A stretch of DNA of 19,919 nt from Candidatus Poribacteria bacterium (GCA_965205025.1 CBDBFU010000006.1:1-19919); one strand, 5' to 3'; shown: positions 9,565 through 17,439, counted from the stretch's first letter. The notes: a model not told the origin generated them from the sequence alone. A program made the numbers and translations.

Positions 9565-10713
9565 ATGTCTAATAATCATAAATATGGAGTTTTATTGCTT
9601 GGAGGACATCGTACACATCAAGAAAACTATTCAATTAACTTTGAAAACGATTCACGTTGTAAGTTGGTAGCATTTGCCGATGAACCAGATGCTCCCGATG
9701 AACGTATTAGGTTGGCACGTTCCCTTGCAGAAGAGAGGGATTTACCATTCATACCTAACCTTGATGAAGCATTATCACGGGAGGATATACACATTGTTAG
9801 TTTATGTATAGATGTAGAACGTCGTGGACGGATTGGTGCGAAATGTGCGAATGCAGGAAAGCATGTATATCTTGATAAACCTATGGCACTAAATGCAGAA
9901 CATGCTCAACAAATTGTCCAAGCAGTTGAAGAAAATAGTGTCATAACACAAATGTTCAGTAATATTCATAGTAGTTGGGCACGTTCAGTTAAGGATGTAT
10001 TGAATGATGGAATAATTGGTGAACTAAAAGCAATTCATTGTGATGTGATGTTTGCCAAAGGACATCCAGGAAGTGCGACTGTTGGGAAAAAACGAAGTCA
10101 GTATCCTACACTTGATAGATACAGTTTCATGGAAGCAAAACCTGAAATGTTTGACGTTGGTGTTTATGCAGTGTCAATGGTGAATTGGTTGACTCAGAGA
10201 CGTGCTTTCCAAGTATTTTGTGGTACAGGTAATTACTTCTTTAAAGAACATCAGAATTGTGATGTAGAAGATTTTGGAGCAATGGTTCTATCTTTAGAAG
10301 AAGGGGTTACTGCAACCATTGCTGCTGGACGCTATGGATGGCAGAGCCATGCACAAGGAGGTATACGCAAAGTATACCTTGTTGGCACTGATGCCGCGTT
10401 GACATTTGATGCGTCAGCAAATAGGTTAGAAGTATTTGCTGCTGAACCAGCATTTATTCCTCCTGAACCCCATCCACTTGACCCAATGGGAATGTGGAGT
10501 AGTACGCAAGCAGAAATCGGTAGGAGTGTAAAAAATCATTGGATAGATGTCGACAACGGTGATGATGGACAAAGAGAATTCAGTGCCTTTATTGACTGTA
10601 TTGATAAGGGTGAAGAAAGTGAGATGAATGCTCAATTTGCTGCACATTCGGTAGAAATTATCTGTGCAGGATATAAGTCTGCTGCTACAGGAAAGGTAAT
10701 TCAACTTGAATAG
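9565..10713 (+). CDS. Gfo/Idh/MocA family NAD(P)-dependent oxidoreductase
   Basis: LDEALSREDIHIVSL, AGKHVYLDKPMA, GIIGEL, FDVGVYAV, VEDFG, AGYKSAATGKVI; GGAGG RBS inside the end of the upstream gene. Confidence 0.92.
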   Translation: MSNNHKYGVLLLGGHRTHQENYSINFENDSRCKLVAFADEPDAPDERIRLARSLAEERDLPFIPNLDEALSREDIHIVSLCIDVERRGRIGAKCANAGKHVYLDKPMALNAEHAQQIVQAVEENSVITQMFSNIHSSWARSVKDVLNDGIIGELKAIHCDVMFAKGHPGSATVGKKRSQYPTLDRYSFMEAKPEMFDVGVYAVSMVNWLTQRRAFQVFCGTGNYFFKEHQNCDVEDFGAMVLSLEEGVTATIAAGRYGWQSHAQGGIRKVYLVGTDAALTFDASANRLEVFAAEPAFIPPEPHPLDPMGMWSSTQAEIGRSVKNHWIDVDNGDDGQREFSAFIDCIDKGEESEMNAQFAAHSVEIICAGYKSAATGKVIQLE

Positions 10714-10779
10714 ATAATGACGTAGAACTCATAGTGGTTTCTTGTAATTAAGTATTCAATGGTAAATGTAATTATTTAT

Positions 10780-12588
10780 CTAACCCGTTATACCTTGTGA
10801 TTCAAGTTGTGCAATCTGTCGCATCCAAGATTCTCGAATTTCAGGGGTGTAGTCAAGAGGTAATAGCGATTTACGAGTACAGTTCAGGTAGGCTTGGAGA
10901 GTTTGATATTTTCGGATCGGTCCAATATTAGGTAAGATTCTATCCGATATTACCTCAATGATTTCTTCTTCAGTTAATTCACCCTTACGTGCTTTTGCTG
11001 CTTCTAAATCAGCGCGGAGTGACCCAAAACTGGCTGCAGAATAACCTTCTGTTAAATCTTCAAAACGTTCAAGTTTTTCTTCATTAACTTCACTTGGAAT
11101 CACATTGTTTAGTGTCCATCGTAAAAATTCTTCACGATCCTCTCCCATAGGATCAAGAACTGGGATTACTATATCTCCCACCCGACCTTCTCTACGTAGA
11201 TCTGGAGAAAGATTGTATATTCGGGCTGTCATTAATAACCAGGTAATGTTTCCTCGTAGGTGAGGATCAGACATCATTGCTTGGATCTTACCAGTCAGTC
11301 GTCGTTCAGTAGAGTGTGCATCTGAACCTACACTTCCAAATTGCGTATCAGCTTCATCAACAAAAATGAGAACATTGACAAGTGCCATCAATAGACGGCG
11401 AAGTCTCTCAAAAATTACATCTGTCTGACCAAACCACATACTCCGAATATTCTTGAGTACAAGAACTGGGATATCAAGTTCACCAGCAAGACCTTCAAAG
11501 ATGAACGTCTTACCGCTACCTATAGGACCACATACACTAAAGCCTGAGATAGCATCTTTTCCAGTTGAGGTAATACGCGGAATAAGTTGTGATCTAAGGT
11601 ATTCAATTAACTTCCTATTACCAATAATATCCTTAAGACTATGATTTGGTTTCTTAAATTCTACAACATCCTCACCTAATTGTGCTTGAATGAACTCGGA
11701 TACTTTTTCTATAACTGTTTCGGGTTGTAGTTTATCTCCAGAATAGCATACCGATAGTAAGAGTTGACGTAACGCTTGAATTGATAGACCTGCTGTAAGA
11801 ATTCCGAGTTGGGACTGACTACCCCAGAGGTTTAATACCTTATCTTTAGGTTTCTGTGTTCTATTAAACCATGATATAAAATGTCTTCGATCTTCCTCAT
11901 CTGGAGAAGGAATTTCAACACTGACTACTTGAGGTAAACGCATAATTCGAGAGTTTATCAGACTTCTGGATTCAGCAATAAATACTACTGTATCTGAAGA
12001 TTTCATAAAATCTGATTCTGAAATCCAATCTTGTACAATACTGACGCGATGTCTATCTCCAATGTTTAAACTACGTATCTCTCCTTCAGGTAATAACATA
12101 TCTGTTGCTTCAATAAGGATTATGAGTTTGTCAGATAATAAAGGTTCTCCACTGATTTTTTTTGTCCGTGAAATGAGACAAAATTGTCTGAGTAATTCAA
12201 GGGCTAATGTTGGACTACCAATAGCATCATTGAGATATTCATCAAACCTATCCTTAGAAAATCCTTCTGGTTTCTGAGACTTTAATTCTGATAATTCTGA
12301 CAGATTTCGTTCTGATGAAAATGCTGAAGGCTTTGTCAGATCAGACCCGATCAGTTTACGCCAACTGTGAAAAGCAGTCTTCATAGATTTCCTATCATGG
12401 GAATTCAGAAATCTTAAGGGACCATTTAATTCATATACAATGAGTATAAACCCAGGTATATCCCAGCTACGAGTTAGAAATGGTACAAGGGGTATATAGT
12501 CTTCCTGTTTTTTGTCTTGAATAAAAAACAGATCATGTATATTACCATGAAGTACAATACTACGGGATGTACCGGAATTAATGAGCAT
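10780..12588 (-). CDS. AAA family ATPase (classic clade) with a degenerate N-terminal AAA-like domain; true start possibly ATA at 12633
   Basis: Walker A GPIGSGKT, pore loop RSMWFGQT, Walker B LIFVDEAD, SRH LSPDLRREGRVG. N-terminal half has a Walker-B-like LIILIEATD but no Walker A. Confidence 0.92.
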   Translation of the reverse strand: MLINSGTSRSIVLHGNIHDLFFIQDKKQEDYIPLVPFLTRSWDIPGFILIVYELNGPLRFLNSHDRKSMKTAFHSWRKLIGSDLTKPSAFSSERNLSELSELKSQKPEGFSKDRFDEYLNDAIGSPTLALELLRQFCLISRTKKISGEPLLSDKLIILIEATDMLLPEGEIRSLNIGDRHRVSIVQDWISESDFMKSSDTVVFIAESRSLINSRIMRLPQVVSVEIPSPDEEDRRHFISWFNRTQKPKDKVLNLWGSQSQLGILTAGLSIQALRQLLLSVCYSGDKLQPETVIEKVSEFIQAQLGEDVVEFKKPNHSLKDIIGNRKLIEYLRSQLIPRITSTGKDAISGFSVCGPIGSGKTFIFEGLAGELDIPVLVLKNIRSMWFGQTDVIFERLRRLLMALVNVLIFVDEADTQFGSVGSDAHSTERRLTGKIQAMMSDPHLRGNITWLLMTARIYNLSPDLRREGRVGDIVIPVLDPMGEDREEFLRWTLNNVIPSEVNEEKLERFEDLTEGYSAASFGSLRADLEAAKARKGELTEEEIIEVISDRILPNIGPIRKYQTLQAYLNCTRKSLLPLDYTPEIRESWMRQIAQLESQGITG

Positions 12589-12660
12589 TCCAGTTTCAGA
12601 TCTAAATGTGTATGTAGGATCTTTAACTGCTATTGTTCTATCCTCTTAATACATGAAATG

Positions 12661-12675
12661 GTTTCAATTGAAACT
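12661..12675. promoter_or_regulatory. Palindrome GTTTCAATTGAAAC, putative operator; copy 2
   Basis: Perfect 14-bp palindrome at 12661-12674; shares TTTCAATTGAAACT with 5452-5465. Confidence 0.45.
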
Positions 12676-12716
12676 TCAGTTATTGGAATTTGTTTAGTTG
12701 TAGGAACCAACGTATA

Positions 12717-12767
12717 AACGGGCATCTATAGTATCTCAAAATAAAGAGAAATAACTTAGTGCCCGTT
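12717..12767. other. Intergenic stem-loop between the PspA-like and AAA genes
   Basis: AACGGGCA(T)CTA (12717-12728) pairs with TAGTGCCCGTT (12757-12767); inner TCTC/GAGA hairpin. Confidence 0.5.
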
Positions 12768-12800
12768 AATATGTAATAACATAGTACCCGTCAATATGTA

Positions 12801-13640
12801 CTATAATGGTAGTTCAGAATCTGTTTTCTTTTCTTCAGATGTTGCTGAATCGGATTCCACAGGTGCATCTGTCTGTTGTGCACCAAAAATCAATGAATCA
12901 AATTCCTGACTTGAGGCTGCTTCTTGAGCAGCATTAAGGAATTCTTCTTCCTCAGATTTTGAATCAGTTCCAGCAAGTTCCTGTGCAACTTTTGACCGAC
13001 CTTTTGCTTTTTCTCTAATTTCACGCATTCTTGTCAGTTCTGCAGAAGTGCCATCCATACTAATACCTGATAACATATCAGCCACCTCTTCCTGTTCCCG
13101 GGCAGTAATTAAGTCTGCTACTGCCTCAGATTGTTCAGTTTTTATCTTATCTAAATCACGATGAAGTGTGGTGATTTGAATTTTGTGTGATTCAATATCC
13201 TCTTGTGCTCTTTCAATATCTGCTTCTAATTCATCAATCCGAGCGTTTTTCTCATCCAAAGTAGAATGAAAATCGTTAAAGGCTGCTACACAACGTGTAT
13301 ATTCTGGATGTTGCTTTATTTCTTCATCAGCTGTACCAGCCTTCTGTAATTCTGTAGCAGTAGATTTTGCTTTTGCAATTGCACCGGCTTTCTTTTTTTC
13401 TAAATCCTCCACCTCATCTGTTAATTTCTTAACAGATAAATTCTTTTGTTCACAAAGTGCGATCAATTGTCCTATCGCTTGTTTATATCGTTGGATATTT
13501 CCTTGTTTATCGCGAATAATATCTTCATAAGCACCCCGAACAGCTTCTGGATTCTCCATCATCTTATCAGCTTGTTCGTGTGCACGTCCAGTAAGTGAAT
13601 ACCAGATTGCTTTAAAAAAACGGGTTATGCCATTTGCCAT
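12801..13640 (-). CDS. PspA/IM30 (Vipp1/ESCRT-III-like) family coiled-coil protein, divergent
   Basis: AGGAGG RBS; N-terminal amphipathic helix GITRFFKAIWYSL; ENPE equivalent to the PspA EDP turn; long helical hairpin; LSGISMDGTSAELTRMRE hinge; acidic tail; no TM segment. Confidence 0.75.
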   Translation of the reverse strand: MANGITRFFKAIWYSLTGRAHEQADKMMENPEAVRGAYEDIIRDKQGNIQRYKQAIGQLIALCEQKNLSVKKLTDEVEDLEKKKAGAIAKAKSTATELQKAGTADEEIKQHPEYTRCVAAFNDFHSTLDEKNARIDELEADIERAQEDIESHKIQITTLHRDLDKIKTEQSEAVADLITAREQEEVADMLSGISMDGTSAELTRMREIREKAKGRSKVAQELAGTDSKSEEEEFLNAAQEAASSQEFDSLIFGAQQTDAPVESDSATSEEKKTDSELPL

Positions 13641-13702
13641 TTGTTCCCTCCTGATAGAGTATAATCATTTCTTCTAATATAAATAATACTAATGTACAGT
13701 TT

Positions 13703-13737
13703 TCTTTAGAATCCTAAAAGTCATTAGATTCTTAAGA
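13703..13737. promoter_or_regulatory. Inverted repeat upstream of the PspA-like gene
   Basis: TCTTTAGAATC-N13-GATTCTTAAGA, 10 of 11 positions complementary. Confidence 0.35.
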
Positions 13738-13878
13738 CATCTCAATATTTTAGATTTTGGTACCATAGATAGGGATAAGGTAGTTTCACAAATAATACTC
13801 CAGAAAATAAATGTCTTCTGTCATTTTACATTATAATCTCTATATTTAAATAAATGGATATTATCTTGTCGAGATTTA

Positions 13879-13962
13879 GTCAATTACGATGTAATATCTA
13901 ACATGCGTCAATTACGATGTAATATCTAACATGCGTCAATTACGATGTAATATCTAACATGC
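13879..13962. repeat. Perfect tandem repeat, 3 x 28 bp
   Basis: GTCAATTACGATGTAATATCTAACATGC at 13879-13906, 13907-13934 and 13935-13962, with no spacers. Confidence 0.97.
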
Positions 13963-14392
13963 TAATTCTTTAGAGTGTTTCTGCAATATCTTCTTTACCG
14001 TATGCTAAAATCAAATCAACAAACACCTCATTCTTAATCTCGATTATAGGCAAATCATCCTTTGTACGACAATACGAAACTAATATACATCAATGTTGTA
14101 TCTAATGATTCTTCGTAAATAATTTCATATCATTCCTTCTGTTTTAAAGAGACATTATATTTACCTTCATTTATCTCAAATTAATGTATTGAAACAGTAT
14201 ATGTAATGTTGATTTTTGTGTCTTTTGAAGGTTAAATGTTGAATTTACTTGTAACAATATATAATATAATCTATATTCTATTGACTGTAGATCCAAACTT
14301 TAGTGTATCAAATCTATTTTTTAATTTTTCCCATTATATCATAATACCTAAAATTTAGCAATATAATAGTACTGCCGTTCTATTTCTTGTGA

Positions 14393-14421
14393 TTGACAGA
14401 CATTCAAGACTATGTTACAAT
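14393..14421 (+). promoter_or_regulatory. Near-consensus sigma70 promoter with extended -10
   Basis: TTGACA (14393-14398), 17 nt, TACAAT (14416-14421) with TG at 14413-14414. Confidence 0.75.
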
Positions 14422-14465
14422 ATAGATTCTTTAGAGAATAAAGAGATACTGACTCATTAGAATTG

Positions 14466-14708
14466 AATTCCAAACTGAACTTACGCCAGTGTGTTTCGAT
14501 ACATAGCCGGTAGTTTGGCAATTATATTATTTAGAAAATTACTAAGTTTGGTATAGGCGTGAGAAACGGTACTTACACTGGTAGCTGAAGAAAGATATGT
14601 GGAAGATTAGGTGAATCCCTATAAGGATTCATTACGGTTTAAAACTCAATCCAGCTTGGATGTACATAAGACCTAATAACCTTCCATTTACTTATTCTAC
14701 ATGGAGGT
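14466..14708 (+). ncRNA. Candidate structured 5' leader or small RNA (family not recognised)
   Basis: Multiple complementary segments between the promoter and the RBS, detailed in the findings. Confidence 0.4.
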
Positions 14709-14712
14709 AATA

Positions 14713-15588
14713 ATGAACACGATGAATCCTTTTAAGCAACAGGGTCAATGGTATCGTGGCAATACACATAGCCATAGTACTGAATCAGATGGCCAACTCT
14801 CAGTATCAGATAGGTTTTCTGCATATAGGGATGCAGGATATGACTTCTTAGTACTAACCGATCACAGAAAAGTTAATGACGTTCAACCTTACAGTACTTC
14901 AGACTTCTTAGCTATATCAGGAAGTGAAGTGCATCCATCGAATCCTTACGGTGGTGGTACTTACCACTTTGTCGCTATCAATATCCATGAACAAATAAAT
15001 TGTGCAAAAATGCATCCTAATGCAGTCCTTGATAATATAAAGGAACAAGGGGGAGAGGCAGTACTATGTCATCCGTATTGGTGTGGACATACAATTTCAG
15101 ATTATTTACCATTACGTAATTACTTTGCAGTTGAAGTTTACAATGATACCTGTATGGGTATAGGCAAAGGATTTTCTGAACAGGCATGGGATGACCTTTT
15201 AGATAGAGGGGGTCCCGTTCTTGGTATTGCTTCTGATGATGCACATGGAACAGAACATGATTGCTTCCACGGGTGGATTAATGTAAAAGCAGAAGAATTA
15301 ACAGTAGATAACATCATGGAGTCACTCAGAACCGGGGCATTTTATTCTACATTAGGTCCAGAAATTGTAGATTTAGATCTTACAGATAATCTGGTTACTG
15401 TAAAGTGTTCTGAAGCAAGATCTATTTGCTTTAAAGCAGATTGTACCAGAGGGAAATACATACAAGCTCCAGATGGAGAACTTCTTACCGAAGCATCATA
15501 CAGTGTTCCAGATAGTGCTAAGTATGTTCGGGTTGAAATTACTGATGATACTGGTAAGAAAGCTTGGTCTAATCCTTTCTTTTTCTAA
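14713..15588 (+). CDS. PHP-domain metallohydrolase (CehA/McbA family)
   Basis: WYRGNTHSHSTESDG (HxH), GYDFLVLTDH, SEVH, CHPYW, EVYN, ASDDAH (DxH), AWSNP. GGAGG at 14703-14707 supports ATG 14713. Confidence 0.88.
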   Translation: MNTMNPFKQQGQWYRGNTHSHSTESDGQLSVSDRFSAYRDAGYDFLVLTDHRKVNDVQPYSTSDFLAISGSEVHPSNPYGGGTYHFVAINIHEQINCAKMHPNAVLDNIKEQGGEAVLCHPYWCGHTISDYLPLRNYFAVEVYNDTCMGIGKGFSEQAWDDLLDRGGPVLGIASDDAHGTEHDCFHGWINVKAEELTVDNIMESLRTGAFYSTLGPEIVDLDLTDNLVTVKCSEARSICFKADCTRGKYIQAPDGELLTEASYSVPDSAKYVRVEITDDTGKKAWSNPFFF

Positions 15589-16637
15589 TGCAAAGAATAT
15601 TGGTGTGTCATACCGGCGGTTGGATAGGGGATATGGTTCTCATAACCCCTACTTTACGAAAATTGAAGGAAATCTATCCAAGTTCTTTTCTCACCATATT
15701 ATTGCGTCCACTTGTTGCTGATCTGATGTCATCCAATCCTTATGTGGATAGATGTATAATCGATTCAAAGAATGCTGGAGCTTTGAAATCAATATTTGGT
15801 TTAGTAAAAACAATTCGTCGTTTATTCTTTGATATTGCCATTATTCTACATCCCACCTCCTATCGAAACGCATTTATTCCATATTTGGCTCGAATTCCTA
15901 TGAGGATCGGTTCAAATTATAGAGGACGTGCTACATTTTTCACATCTACTGTTTCTCATACTGAAAGTCAACATGAAGTAGAACGTTATCTAAGAATACT
16001 GCAACTGTTATCTCTTGACGATACGTCAGTTTCCGTTGAATCATACAATACAAGTGATTCACCAGCACATTTAGAGTTTTGGCATTCTGATGATGAAAGA
16101 GAAACAGTCGCGAAGATACTTCTTTCAAATGGTATATCAACATCAGATAGACTAATTGCCTTAAATATTGGTACTACATGGCAGACTAAACAGTGGAAAA
16201 TTAGGAATTTTTCAGAACTCATCAGACGTATTACGGATTTAAAACATAATATTAGCATAATTGTAACAGGATCGAAGACTGAACAGAATCTATCGCATGA
16301 ATTACCAATATCAAATAAGATTGTGAACTTAGTTGGTAAGACTGACATCCTTCAACTTGGTGCATTGTTAGAAAAATGTGAATTATGTATTTCAGGTGAT
16401 AGTGGTCCGATGCATATTGCAGCAGCTGTTGGTACACCTACTATTGCCTTATTTGGTCCTACAGATCCATTGAGACATCGTCCGTATGGAGTAAATCATA
16501 CAATTATAGAGAAACCAATATCTTGTAGACCATGTTATAAGACCTATTGTCATCGAAAAGACGCACCAAACGTTTGTATGAATGAGATAACTGTTCAAGA
16601 AGTAGTTGATGAAATAACAAGAAAATTACAAATCTAA
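15588..16637 (+). CDS. Glycosyltransferase family 9 (LPS heptosyltransferase II-like, WaaF/RfaF)
   Basis: RILV..GWIGDMV..TP, NPYVD, HEVERYL, KQW, NLVGKT, GDSGPMHIAAAVGTPTIALFGPT, CRPC; TAATG overlap with the upstream stop. Confidence 0.93.
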   Translation: MQRILVCHTGGWIGDMVLITPTLRKLKEIYPSSFLTILLRPLVADLMSSNPYVDRCIIDSKNAGALKSIFGLVKTIRRLFFDIAIILHPTSYRNAFIPYLARIPMRIGSNYRGRATFFTSTVSHTESQHEVERYLRILQLLSLDDTSVSVESYNTSDSPAHLEFWHSDDERETVAKILLSNGISTSDRLIALNIGTTWQTKQWKIRNFSELIRRITDLKHNISIIVTGSKTEQNLSHELPISNKIVNLVGKTDILQLGALLEKCELCISGDSGPMHIAAAVGTPTIALFGPTDPLRHRPYGVNHTIIEKPISCRPCYKTYCHRKDAPNVCMNEITVQEVVDEITRKLQI

Positions 16638-16680
16638 TTATTCTAATCTGGCAGAATACAATCATAAATAAGGACATTGA

Positions 16681-17439
16681 ATGAGTAAAATTATTGCATT
16701 AATTTTTGATTTTGGGGGTACATTAGATGGAAATGGAACCCACTGGTTAGAACGAACATATCAGTTCATAAAAACACATCATCCAGATATAAGTCGAGAA
16801 GACTTTGATGTTGCTGATAAAGCTGCTGTCACTGAATTTGCACTTGGTGAAGTTCCAATGGATGCAACATTCCAAGATGGGTCGATTTTACCTGTAGGTG
16901 TAGCTGCAACTGACCTAAAAGCATCAAAATGCAATCTTCGTGAAACAGTTGAAGCAATTGCAATTGGAATTTTTGAACGTCTCCACCTAAGTAAAGAATC
17001 TAAGGATAATTATGTTGAATGGTTTTGTAAAGGTGCAGAAGAACACCTTAGAAAAAATCGTGAATGGCTTCAAACTCTTTATGGGAAATATAAACTTGGA
17101 GTAATAAGCAACAATTTTGGTAATACAGCAGGATGGTGTGATGATTATCAATTTACACCATTGCTGGATGTTATTATAGATTCAACAGTATTAGGTATTT
17201 CTAAACCGGATCCTGGTATTTTTGAAGCAGCTTTGTCTGAACTTAGAGTCTCTCCCACTGAATCTATCTATATTGGTGACAGTTATAAGGTTGATATGGT
17301 AGGGGCAAAAGGAGTAGGGATGTGGACTGCATGGATGGTAGGAAATCAGGCGAAAGAGTGTTTAGACCTGTCTGTCGTAGATGTACAACTATCACATTTA
17401 CACGAATTGACTGATTTCCTTACAACACAGAGAAAATAG
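16681..17439 (+). CDS. HAD family hydrolase (subfamily IA)
   Basis: Motif I FDFGGTL, motif II ISNN, motif III KPDPGIF, motif IV IGDSYKVDMVGAKGVGM; AAGGA RBS. Confidence 0.9.
   Translation: MSKIIALIFDFGGTLDGNGTHWLERTYQFIKTHHPDISREDFDVADKAAVTEFALGEVPMDATFQDGSILPVGVAATDLKASKCNLRETVEAIAIGIFERLHLSKESKDNYVEWFCKGAEEHLRKNREWLQTLYGKYKLGVISNNFGNTAGWCDDYQFTPLLDVIIDSTVLGISKPDPGIFEAALSELRVSPTESIYIGDSYKVDMVGAKGVGMWTAWMVGNQAKECLDLSVVDVQLSHLHELTDFLTTQRK

Noticed and set aside
12661-12674. GTTTCAAT/ATTGAAAC resembles CRISPR repeat termini
   Set aside because: Only a collapsed 14-bp palindrome, with no regularly spaced copies.
13879-13962. CRISPR array (28-bp repeat length)
   Set aside because: Units abut with no spacers and there are no cas genes in the window.
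14583-14660. c-di-AMP (ydaO) riboswitch resemblance (GCTGAA, GGTGAATC, CAGCT; also GCTGAATCC near 17487)
   Set aside because: GGAACC, the GGGG/CCC pairing and CCCG.CAGCTAA elements are missing.
17-16437. Short shadow ORFs (e.g. 17-211, 811-1173, 5539-5805, 10426-10704, 12062-12277, 15986-16348)
   Set aside because: They overlap well-supported genes antisense or out of frame and show no recognisable motifs.
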